A stretch of 64,000 nucleotides of DNA, taken from Phycisphaerales bacterium (GTDB taxonomy: Bacteria > Planctomycetota > Phycisphaerae > Phycisphaerales > UBA1924). The stretch is from positions 2,112,001-2,176,000 of the forward strand of contig OZ245777.1 of NCBI GenBank assembly GCA_965227775.1, in the 5' to 3' direction. A program made the position numbers and the translations under genes. Shown one piece after another: positions 30,701-38,487 of this stretch; the stretch's first letter is position 1; each line of letters starts with the position of its first letter. Below the pieces are notes generated by a model. It did not search any database. It was given only the letters and a program-made list of their open reading frames with translations, and was not told where the DNA came from.

Positions 30701-31995
30701 TGCTCGAGGACCGCTCGCTCGAGCGCAAGGGACGGCAGGGTCAGCCCAGCGGCGATGCCGGCCTCGATCTCTTCGGGGATGTGGCCGGTGTGGGGCACGC
30801 GCGAGGCCGCGCCGCTGACGGGGGCGATTCGGGCCCCGTGCTCGAGGTGGAAGCGGCTGAGGCCGACGAACCCGTGCACGCCCCCCGCCCCCGCGGCCCC
30901 GCCGCTGCTCTCGCCCCCCGGCCCAACGGCGAAGCGGGCGCCCTTCTGGGCGTTCGTCGCGAGGAGGAGCGTGCCCGTCTTCGCGCTCGTGAAGGGGCGT
31001 ACGTTCAGGAGCACGCCGTCGTCCGTGTCGTCGATCCAGGCGGCGTACCGCCACTGCTTCACCTTATTGAGCCCATCGGCGTAGGCGAAACTGAGCAAAG
31101 ACATGCGCGGATCGACGGGGGGCGGGACGAAGGACGCTCTGGCGAGGCGCGCACGGGCGTTGGAGCCGGCGGGTCTGGGAGCGAACGCGAGGCGGAACGC
31201 CGGGGCGTTCAGCGCCATCTGCGCGACCAGCGGGTTCTGCTGGTCGATCCACTCCCCACCTCCGTCGGGGTCCGTGTGGAGCGGGACGAGCGTGTTCTGG
31301 GTGGTGGAGTCATCGAGAACGAACCGGAATCGGTCCCACCAGGTCACGGCGCTGTCGAGTCGGATGGGGTGATCGGGCGCCACGGAAACGAATCGGCGCT
31401 GGTGGCCCGGCCAGTGGATTGGTTCTCCGGTCACGTAGGCGTTCGCCAGAGTGGCGGTCTCACACGAGAACGCCGCGTGCCCGACCTCCCAGCGTGCGAC
31501 CGGGGCGTCGAGCCTGAGGGTCCACGTTCCGCGTCCGCCGCGCACGCTGATCGGCATCGGATCGAGCGCGATGGAATCCGTTCTGACGATGCCCAGGCGG
31601 AACGCTAAGCGGTTGGGCCCTTCGCCCGGCACGCCGACGACCGAATCGGGCTGGAAGGCGTCGAGGGAGAACAGGGCGCTGCCGACGTCTACGACCAAGT
31701 CGCCGACGGGATCGGGTGTGCTGGCTTCGAGCAGCCAGACTCGGTTCAGGGAGTCCTGGGGATGCTCACCCAGCGCCGGGCAGAAGACGCCCGCGCTGGT
31801 TTCGACGACCGAGATGCCAAGCTTGGCGACGAATCGGTGGACTCCGTGGAGCAACAGGTCAACTTGCAGGTCCACCCGGTTCGACACGAGGGTCACGTTC
31901 CAGGTCCCTTCGACGCCCGGAGGAAGAGCGGTGCGGCCCACCCGTCCGTCAGGGGCGACGTCGAATTCGGCGCCGAATAGCTTCAGCTTCCTCAT
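27703..31995 (-). CDS. Giant beta-rich hypothetical protein (1430 aa), C-terminus DUF6603-like
   Basis: Uninterrupted ORF; the C-terminal half is a run of amphipathic beta strands (FTLDVGFPW, GGYALQVGLG, ISVRVEIMISAEARVTV); family resemblance from memory only. Confidence 0.85.
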   Translation of the reverse strand: MRKLKLFGAEFDVAPDGRVGRTALPPGVEGTWNVTLVSNRVDLQVDLLLHGVHRFVAKLGISVVETSAGVFCPALGEHPQDSLNRVWLLEASTPDPVGDLVVDVGSALFSLDAFQPDSVVGVPGEGPNRLAFRLGIVRTDSIALDPMPISVRGGRGTWTLRLDAPVARWEVGHAAFSCETATLANAYVTGEPIHWPGHQRRFVSVAPDHPIRLDSAVTWWDRFRFVLDDSTTQNTLVPLHTDPDGGGEWIDQQNPLVAQMALNAPAFRLAFAPRPAGSNARARLARASFVPPPVDPRMSLLSFAYADGLNKVKQWRYAAWIDDTDDGVLLNVRPFTSAKTGTLLLATNAQKGARFAVGPGGESSGGAAGAGGVHGFVGLSRFHLEHGARIAPVSGAASRVPHTGHIPEEIEAGIAAGLTLPSLALERAVLEHARPGRSYALSTDNPQTPRRLSTYMFGSQAGEHIPLLSDKAFALNQGTIRDEFKKKLDSTLADMTYDLQKADHETFMKEAPASADRRVKPSRVFVPRENADHISTSLHRVRRLFGTIGVEFHVHPDAPTDYFVIKHGGGSAFPNPFGQFLDATGQSKGGAHAIRTSGPPSENPVPPQTDQDLPKKTPRGVIKLSRSVSLLHILEKECGFTKDELARVRKTVDPDILEPGWVGLILFQLDLDIEAFEVFESIAPDKLRLTYLAVTPPPEGDDGTDPNFTGRALWYNPKAGVGYDPDTGTERDEVGFQVERIDVRWRNSRLTLFDVDAKAEFRSALGLHHDPNDQRVLKIKGSLDRESDKVRFIGELDRELELLPATGFGPIKQLSLRRAELRREKVATRDGDTGQTRTVIDLDGNIQLQEFDAFGLGVESIRFDALQVLLERPGSGDRDLPWPVSINYPSFRFKLKERSFRIGMFEMGLRSIGVSWPDGPDFGRWLESLSAITLMSKSTPTPSSSGTFLEFRLGLMKLPELAIISVDRLIIDLFVGLGLDDGGWSPDRLTLGLRGFSMKGLSLDLMRFLTLKIEHAELEDVTVNRRKTTWLRMKDVELAILGKTLLNDLRIDFFSTEDGEKGFLAYLPLPKTDSSLAIHWVLIGYNVSLPEDLAREVVAIDAPEDQGTVKDRLAEAIDKHELIPSPGDGIGSWTFAAGFDLFGMFVGKFLFQDRRYYGLLLRDGFLKEWFGLDIAISVLYAKGRVPDEDAWYVSVRVPAVTLPAVRFMGGVISIEIMMNGGFTLDVGFPWLPSNRPRRWDRSFGAIATPFQGVAGMYIRKRTLTRELEQGKYLQLAGGYALQVGLGAAFGNGVFSAWVSIGVYAILEGDFVFQRRHGDSGLGEVAGFRIVGAVGVIARGGGELNWWIISVRVEIMISAEARVTVLWGKQVRTLPGGSHRVEDGPDPALLRLDFELWASASARACIGKGWFKLCKSISVRIPMRVRYELPL

Positions 31996-33293
31996 GGGTC
32001 TCTCCGCGGACGGTAGATCACGGTCAATTCGTCGTCGGGCGCGAGGAGGGTGACCTTCTTGCTCTCGCAGGGGGTCTTGTGCTCTCCGACGGTGATCAGG
32101 TCACGGTCTCCGTGGTATAGGTGAGGCACATCGAACGCGAACTCACGCTCGCCCTCTTGCGGAGGGATTGCGAAGGTGCCCGAGCGTCTGAGCGCGACCA
32201 CGCTGACGCCGTACGCACACTCGAGATCGGCGACGGTCATCGCGATCGGCACGAACCGATCCTCGTGCTCACCGGCGAAGCGGATCGGGATCTCGACGTC
32301 GACACTGAAGCGGCCGGTATTGCTCTCGGAGCCCCAGAGCCAACCGCTGCGATGCGTGATGCCACCCTTCTTCAGCGGGGCAAGGAACGTCGGGTCTGTG
32401 GACTGGAAGAGTTTGCGCCTGCGTGGGGGATCGATGGAGAACAGCAAATCTTCGTAGGACTTCGCGTCGGACTTGGCGGCGATCAAGACGTCGTACCGAT
32501 TGATGCCGTCCCAGACGACCGTCAGTTCGTCCCACGGAATCGGTTCCTGCCCCTCGCGTGCCGGCCACGCGTCGGGCGGGAATTCCCGGCGACGCTGCAC
32601 TTCGACGCTGAGCCCTTTGAAGATCGAGTAGTAGGCCGCGGCGAAGGCCGCTTGGTCCCCCCCGGCCGCGTCCTCGAGTTTCTCGAGGACCTGTGAGGTC
32701 ACGGGTTTCTGGGTGGGTTGGTAGTGTTCTTCTCGCGTTAGAAACTGGCTCAGGTAGAAACGGTCGGTCCTGGAAGGCTGAAAGTCCGCCGAAGCTTCAG
32801 GGAGGCTTGGGAGCACCCATTCCTGCCTGGTGGCGGCCGGGATGACGGTGTTCATTCCCTTTGGGTTGTCCGGATCGGGAAACCCGCGGAGGGCGAATTG
32901 GTCGAAGACGAGGCGCATGCCCGGGCGAGCGCGCACATGCATGTCCAAGGTGACCCGATCCGGATCTTTCTCGTCATGGACATACAGCCTTACGAACTGC
33001 GGGTGTTGGCTCTGGTCAGTCGAGTCTGCGGCGGCATCTGATTTATCCTGTGGAATTGATCCCGTGGTTTGGTCAACTGATTGATCTGGCGGCTTGGTCA
33101 ACTCGATTTGAACCAAGCGTGCGTTGAGGACGTTCGGGTGGACGTGCTCCACCGTCCTGCACCCGGCGATCAGAACCAGTATGCTCAGGATGCCGGAGAG
33201 CACAAGCAGGTGCGATCGCGAATGCGCCGGGGCATCGACTCCGGGGTCGCGATCACGGTCAAGATGTTCAGAGTTTTCTCGCATCACAGACAT
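31992..33293 (-). CDS. Putative lipoprotein with a C-terminal beta-grasp/TrkA-C-like segment
   Basis: Hydrophobic stretch then LIAGC lipobox; MTVADLECAYGVSVVALRRSG...LLAPDDELTV; stop overlaps the next ATG; start uncertain (33284/33293). Confidence 0.75.
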   Translation of the reverse strand: MSVMRENSEHLDRDRDPGVDAPAHSRSHLLVLSGILSILVLIAGCRTVEHVHPNVLNARLVQIELTKPPDQSVDQTTGSIPQDKSDAAADSTDQSQHPQFVRLYVHDEKDPDRVTLDMHVRARPGMRLVFDQFALRGFPDPDNPKGMNTVIPAATRQEWVLPSLPEASADFQPSRTDRFYLSQFLTREEHYQPTQKPVTSQVLEKLEDAAGGDQAAFAAAYYSIFKGLSVEVQRRREFPPDAWPAREGQEPIPWDELTVVWDGINRYDVLIAAKSDAKSYEDLLFSIDPPRRRKLFQSTDPTFLAPLKKGGITHRSGWLWGSESNTGRFSVDVEIPIRFAGEHEDRFVPIAMTVADLECAYGVSVVALRRSGTFAIPPQEGEREFAFDVPHLYHGDRDLITVGEHKTPCESKKVTLLAPDDELTVIYRPRRDP

Positions 33294-33751
33294 GCCGAAG
33301 AGAGTAGACGATCTGGCACTGGGGCGTGAGGACGCCAATTCCAAGCGGACCTGTCAATGATGGTTCACATGCCACGCAAGTGTGCCATTTCGAGACCCAT
33401 AGCTGTGTCGTTTGCCACGTTATTATGCGAATACAAGGGCATTATTGCGCAAGAGTTTGTCGTTGAAGATAGTTCTTTAACTAATTCATTTTGTTTTCTG
33501 AGCAAGATCCTACTACATTCAGCATGTTTGGTACGCGCGATCCCGTTGAATCTCACGGCGCATCACCGGTGAGTGAGTAGCACAAGGGGGGGATCTTCAT
33601 GTAGGGCGCACCGGGTTGGTGTCTAACGGTTTGCTCGTGGCTGTCTTTCCATGACTGTACCCTCGTACACCGGCGGCTCATTCCGCGGCTACGGTTTTCT
33701 TGGTACCCGCCCAAGTAGGCGCACGAGCGATGGCGAGAGAAACGGCATCAA

Positions 33752-34855
33752 ATGAACACTACTGATAAGCACACGGCTGGAAGCGCATCGAACAAATCCT
33801 GGGACTTCGGCTGGACCTACGTCTTGGCTGTGGTCCTGATCGCGGCCGTCGTCGTGTGGATTGCGAGCCGGAGTATGCCACTCCTCGCTCGGGGTCCGCT
33901 CGCGTGGGCGGGTATCTACGCCGGCGCATTCCTCGCAATCGGTGCCATTCCAGGGGTGCTGCGCGGTGTGGATCTGTACAACAGCACCTCGAAGCTGCAA
34001 ACGTGGCTCTGGGGGGTGGCGCTCGCGTACGGGCTCATCGGGTACCTCTTGGCCCGGAGCTCGGCCGGGCTGCCGATGGACAACTTCGATGTTCCCGAGT
34101 ATCTGCTGACCGCAGTAGGGTTCAGTATCACGACGGGGATCGGAGCCAAGTTGATCGCTCGCGACAAGAGCACGGCCCGCGTCGAAGATTGCGGCGCTCG
34201 TAGTGATCGTGTCGAGTTCGCGAATGTACGCGATGAGGGCGAGTCCGTGTCGGCGCCTCGCGCGAATCTCAGAGACTTCGTGACCGACGACCACGGGCGC
34301 CCAGATGTGCAAAAGCTGCAACTACTGCTGTGGACCGTGTTCGCGGTGGGGCTCTACATCTATCTGACGCATATGGGTATTACCGATGCGGTGGTCGAAG
34401 TGGTGGCGGGTGAGCCTGGGTTTGAGGAACTCACGGCGTCGGAGGATGGCAAGACGTACAAGTGGGACAGCGAGGCCCTCGAGAAAATGCCTGAGCTCCC
34501 GTTACCGTTGCTCCTGCTCGCAGGTCTAGGTCAAGTGGCGTACATCGGAGACAAACTGGTTCGAGTGACCCAGCCGCGCATCGACGGCGTGGAGCCGGAG
34601 CCCGAGAGGGGATTGCATCCTGGGAGTGCGGTAAGTCTTCTCGGCGCGGGTTTCGACCTCGCGTCATCGAAAGTCGTCTTTGACGACGTATTCGTCGTGA
34701 ACCCCGTCGTGTCTGCGACGTCGATCGAGTTCCGCGTTCCTGCGAAGCGGTCGGACGGGACCGACTGGGACGTTACTCGAGTGACAGAAGTTGGTGTGCG
34801 CGTCATCAGCGGGGGCGTTCGGTCGAATGAAGTCAGGCTTAAGATCGCGGGATGA
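33752..34855 (+). CDS. Multi-pass membrane protein with a C-terminal IPT/TIG domain
   Basis: About six hydrophobic segments; DFVTDDHGRPDVQKLQLLLWT motif; PRIDGVEP...VSLLGAGF...SATSIEFRVP Ig-like tail. Confidence 0.8.
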   Translation: MNTTDKHTAGSASNKSWDFGWTYVLAVVLIAAVVVWIASRSMPLLARGPLAWAGIYAGAFLAIGAIPGVLRGVDLYNSTSKLQTWLWGVALAYGLIGYLLARSSAGLPMDNFDVPEYLLTAVGFSITTGIGAKLIARDKSTARVEDCGARSDRVEFANVRDEGESVSAPRANLRDFVTDDHGRPDVQKLQLLLWTVFAVGLYIYLTHMGITDAVVEVVAGEPGFEELTASEDGKTYKWDSEALEKMPELPLPLLLLAGLGQVAYIGDKLVRVTQPRIDGVEPEPERGLHPGSAVSLLGAGFDLASSKVVFDDVFVVNPVVSATSIEFRVPAKRSDGTDWDVTRVTEVGVRVISGGVRSNEVRLKIAG

Positions 34856-35177
34856 GGCTCGTGCGGGTGTTCGACCTCGGGCCGATCGTCTACACCGACG
34901 TCATCTTGCGCTTCGGGATCGATGGCTCCAGGTCCCGGCAGAACAATCACGGGGAAATGAGCAGTATGCCCCCGCAATACTGGATTCCGTCGAGGTGATC
35001 GTCAAGCCGGCGTGCGATCCTTGGCCGTGTGGTTTGTCCATTTTGGGAGACAAGTTCAAAGTTTGGTGCGAGTTATTCGACTCATCGTGCGAGTCGTTCA
35101 CGTGGTGGTGACCTGTCCCCCTCAACCCGTTCCACCTTGAGTGTTAGCCTCGGGGTCGACCACGGAGGGCAGTCATC

Positions 35178-35456
35178 ATGGGCATGAAGCGTCATTCGGC
35201 TGAGGAAATCCTGAACAAGCTTCGTCAGGCGGAGGTCGAGTTGAGCAAGGGCTCATCCGTCGCGGCGGTGTGCAAGCTGCTGGGCGTGACTGAGCAGACG
35301 TATTACCGGTGGCGGAAGGAGTACGGCGGTTTGAAGACCGATCAGGCGAAGAAGCTCAGGGAGCTGGAGGGTGAGAACGCCAGGCTAAAGCGGCTGCTGG
35401 CCGACGCGGAGCTCGACAAGGCGATGCTGCGTGAGGTGTCCTCGGGAAACTTCTGA
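35178..35456 (+). CDS. IS3 transposase OrfA (HTH)
   Basis: KRHSAEEILNKLRQAE, GVTEQTYYRWRKEYGG, LEGENARLKRLLAD. Confidence 0.92.
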   Translation: MGMKRHSAEEILNKLRQAEVELSKGSSVAAVCKLLGVTEQTYYRWRKEYGGLKTDQAKKLRELEGENARLKRLLADAELDKAMLREVSSGNF

Positions 35457-36343
35457 GCTCGCGCCGCCGTCGGGACGCGGTCGATGCTCTACTCGCGCGG
35501 TTCGGCGTGAGCGAGCGTCGGGCGTGCAAGCTGGTGCGTCAGCCCCGTGCGACGCACCGGTACCGGCCGACGGAGCGGGACGACGAGAAGCCGCTGACGA
35601 GACGGATCATCGAGCTGGCCGCCGCGTACGGGCGGTACGGCTACCGGAGGATCACGGCGTTGCTGTGTCGTGAGGGGTGGCGTGTGAACCACAAGCGTGT
35701 CGAGCGGATCTGGCGTCGGGAGGGTCTGAGGGTGCCGAAGAAGCAGCCGAAGCGGGGCCGTCTGTGGCTCAACGACGGAAGCTGCGTGCGCCGGCGGCCT
35801 GAGCGTCGCGATCATGTCTGGGCGTACGACTTCGTGCAGACACGGACGAAAGACGGCAAGCCGCTCCGGATGCTGGTGGTCGTGGACGAGTTCACACGCG
35901 AGTGCCTGAGCATCGATGTGGCTCGTCGGCTCAACCACGACGATGTGCTCGAGCGCCTGGCGTGGCTCATGGCGACGCGGGGTGTGCCCGAGCACATCCG
36001 GTCGGACAATGGCCCGGAGTTCACCGCGAAGGCGGTGCGGGAGTGGCTGTCGAAGGTCGGCGTGCAGACACTGTTCATCGAGCCGGGCTCGCCACGGGAG
36101 AACGGGTACGTCGAGAGCCTCAACGGCAAGCTCCGTGACGAACTGCTCGATCGGGAGATCGTTGATACGCCGCTCGAAGCCCGCGTCCTCATCGAACGCT
36201 GGCGGGAGCACTACAACACGGTGCGGCCGCACTCGTCGCCGGGCTACCGCCCACCCGCACCAGAAACGATCGCTGCTGGTCCGCATTCCGCTCCGCTCCA
36301 GGCGGCCCAGCAGCAGGGAACGAACAACCAAGGACCCACATAG
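35444..36343 (+). CDS. IS3 transposase OrfB (DDE), joined to OrfA by a -1 frameshift at G-GGA-AAC (35444-35450)
   Basis: -1 frame reads GKLLSSRRRRDAV...YGYRRI...WAYDF...RSDNGPEF...ENGYVES. Confidence 0.9.
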   Translation, partial: GKLLSSRRRRDAVDALLARFGVSERRACKLVRQPRATHRYRPTERDDEKPLTRRIIELAAAYGRYGYRRITALLCREGWRVNHKRVERIWRREGLRVPKKQPKRGRLWLNDGSCVRRRPERRDHVWAYDFVQTRTKDGKPLRMLVVVDEFTRECLSIDVARRLNHDDVLERLAWLMATRGVPEHIRSDNGPEFTAKAVREWLSKVGVQTLFIEPGSPRENGYVESLNGKLRDELLDREIVDTPLEARVLIERWREHYNTVRPHSSPGYRPPAPETIAAGPHSAPLQAAQQQGTNNQGPT

Positions 36344-36409
36344 ACTCTGGTATCAAACCCGGGGGCCGGTCAGTCAGTTGATGTTCGATATCGGCGACGA
36401 TCTTGATCT

Positions 36410-37060
36410 CTAGTTCGGGCTAGAGGCTTGGCGAACGAAATGGTAGCCTCCAGCGGTAGCGCCCCAGACCTGCTCGCCTCGGGTGTTCCATCCCTGGTCC
36501 CAGCTCATCAAGAGGCGGTCGTTAAGCGTTACTCTGCTCGTAGCGTGCGAAGCGCCGCGGAGTGAGCTCGAGCAGCCCTGGCCGATCGTCGAGCCGGTGA
36601 ATCCGCCGTCGGGGTCGCGTTCCAGCAGGATCGAGCAGCCCTCGCGGAGCGCGAGATCGTCGGGGGAGATGTTGTCCAGCGGCACCTCGTCGAGCCAGCA
36701 CGCGACAGCCGCGGCCGGGTCGGGCAGCTCGAACACATCGCTCCAGAGCTGGCCTTTGGCATCCTGGTAGATTCGGTACACGCGTTGGCGATACGGACGG
36801 TCGAGGGCGGAAAAGGCCGCCTGCTCGACGTAGAGCCAGCGGCCGTCCTCACGGTGTCCCCAGATCGGGATCGTGACCAGGCGGATCTCGAAGAAGTTCG
36901 TTGGGTCCGATGCCGCCTGGGCCCGGCTGTCGAACACGCCCGCCAGCATCGAAGCCACGGCGTGCACATCCTGGTTGGCGTGTTCGGTCATCGTGCGTGG
37001 AGCCGACTGGCATCCGGTTAGCACGACCGTGGCAATGAGCATGGAAAGCAGTCGCGGCAT
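36410..37060 (-). CDS. CpcT/CpeT family (bilin lyase-like) lipoprotein
   Basis: LTGC lipobox; LAGVFDSRAQA, WLYVEQA...RPYRQRVY, GCSSSLRGA, SWDQGW...QVWG...GGYHF. Confidence 0.88.
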   Translation of the reverse strand: MPRLLSMLIATVVLTGCQSAPRTMTEHANQDVHAVASMLAGVFDSRAQAASDPTNFFEIRLVTIPIWGHREDGRWLYVEQAAFSALDRPYRQRVYRIYQDAKGQLWSDVFELPDPAAAVACWLDEVPLDNISPDDLALREGCSILLERDPDGGFTGSTIGQGCSSSLRGASHATSRVTLNDRLLMSWDQGWNTRGEQVWGATAGGYHFVRQASSPN

Positions 37061-37523
37061 CGGGAACCTCACGTCTGGTTGATGATCCGGAGCTCGAGCG
37101 TGATCGTACGCCCGGTGATGCCAAACCCTGATCTTGGATGTGACGACGTTGCCCTTGCGCGTGGCTGGCGGACCGATGCCGCCTGGCTGGCCGGTGCGTT
37201 TGCTGTATTCCAGGTGGTCTCAGCTTTGGGGTCCGCCGAGACGTGGCCGTTCCTTCTGCCGATGTCCCAGACGCGTTTGAACCCCCCAATCGTCGCAGAG
37301 TGAGTGGACTCGATGCTGGGGGAGGGTCACTCGGGAACTGGCTTCAGAGCATGGATATTGCGCCAGATTATCAGATACCGGTGGATGAGTGAGCCGATGT
37401 GCTCACGGAGAGCGCGCGACAGGTACCCAGGTGACAAGCTGTTATGGTCAGCGAGGTCGGTGAGTGACCAGCAACTAAGTGCCATTCGCGTTGTCACTCC
37501 ATCACTTGAGTTAGCCGTGACCA

Positions 37524-37547
37524 AGAGCTGTTCACGTGAACAGCTCT
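37524..37547. repeat. Perfect 24-bp palindrome
   Basis: AGAGCTGTTCACGTGAACAGCTCT. Confidence 0.85.
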
Positions 37548-37611
37548 GTTGCACCAGTCTCAATGGAGTTGGCTAAAGTCCACGATGCAATGACAAGGAG
37601 TGGAACTTCGG

Positions 37612-37671
37612 ATGCGAGTGTTAATTGTTGAGGATGACAAGGCCATTGTCGTGATCAAGCGAACTGCCTGA
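37612..37671 (+). pseudogene. Remnant N-terminus of a response-regulator receiver domain
   Basis: AAGGAG upstream, then MRVLIVEDDKAIV and a stop after 19 codons. Confidence 0.55.
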
Positions 37672-37993
37672 TGACTCTGCGTTGCATGCTCAGATGCCAT
37701 CCATCATGAGAACAACTACAACTCGACAGCCAGCTACACGTAGATCGGTTCAATGCCATATGCCGTGTTTCCAGGCTCCAGAGGCCGATCTTAAAGGCGA
37801 AAAGTTCAACTGGCGTCCTGTCACCCCGATTGTAGAGAAAGCCCTGGGCATCCCAAGCGATTTTCTTGCAGGCGTTTGCGCCGGAATTCAATGTTGCCTT
37901 CTCACGCTAGGCCTCGCAGGCCGTAGTTGAGCTCGGCGTGCGCTTCGGCGCCACCATTCGCCGCCACGCCATGTTGCCGGTCTCGCGCCGAGC

Positions 37994-38341
37994 TCACCCT
38001 GTGGCGGCCTGCGCCGGCATCCGGCCACGAGAGAGCTCGAGTTCGATGGACGCGAGGATCGCATCGAGCAAACCCGGGAACACGGTCTCAAGCTCCTCCC
38101 GCCGAAGAGAGTTGAGCCTCTGGGTGCCCATCTTCGTGCTGCGGATCAGCCCAGCCTCGCGGAGCACACGCCAGTGGTGGGTCGCCGACGACTTGGGCAG
38201 GGACGTTGCGAACGCGTTGCATGGCTGGTCCTTGCCTCGAGCGGCAGTTCGAACAATATCCAAACGATACGGGTCGCTCAGGGCCTTGAAGATGTCCTCG
38301 AGCCGTATGTCCTCGATTCTTGGGTGTCTGAGTTCCTTCAT
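37994..38341 (-). CDS. ArsR family regulator
   Basis: HPRIEDIRLEDIFKALSDPYRL, PKSSATHHWRVLREAGLI, LRREELETVFPGLL. Confidence 0.9.
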   Translation of the reverse strand: MKELRHPRIEDIRLEDIFKALSDPYRLDIVRTAARGKDQPCNAFATSLPKSSATHHWRVLREAGLIRSTKMGTQRLNSLRREELETVFPGLLDAILASIELELSRGRMPAQAATG

Positions 38342-38348
38342 GGAGTGG

Positions 38349-38400
38349 ATCCTAGTTCACAGGGCCGTTGACGTCAACTATAGTACGAGTATAATTGAAC
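38349..38400. promoter_or_regulatory. Overlapping divergent sigma70-type promoters sharing a palindromic -35
   Basis: Plus strand TTGACG(38368)-N16-TATAAT(38390); minus strand TTGACG(38377)-N17-TAGGAT(38354); core GTTGACGTCAAC. Confidence 0.7.
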
Positions 38401-38487
38401 AATAAAACTTTCGGATAACAGAATAAACGAACTCCCCCGCCTGGTTATTCGACTGGATACACGCACCACCTGAGACGGAGAACACCA

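Larger units (their letters stand above)
35109..36372 (+). mobile_element. IS3-family insertion sequence (1264 bp)
   Basis: Ends TGACCTGTCCCCC and GGGGGCCGGTCA (TG...CA imperfect inverted repeats); orfA/orfB with a -1 slippery site. Confidence 0.93.

Noticed and set aside
22379..31608. Long alternative-frame and antisense ORFs (e.g. 25402..27654, 29557..31608, 23443..25197)
   Set aside because: Shadows of high-GC3 genes on the opposite strand or frame, with no independent motifs
34852..34998. 48-codon ORF overlapping the stop of the IPT/TIG membrane gene
   Set aside because: The ATGA overlap is suggestive but there is no other support
37304..37576. Histidine-kinase remnant (VDSMLGEG)
   Set aside because: The match is too short to distinguish from chance
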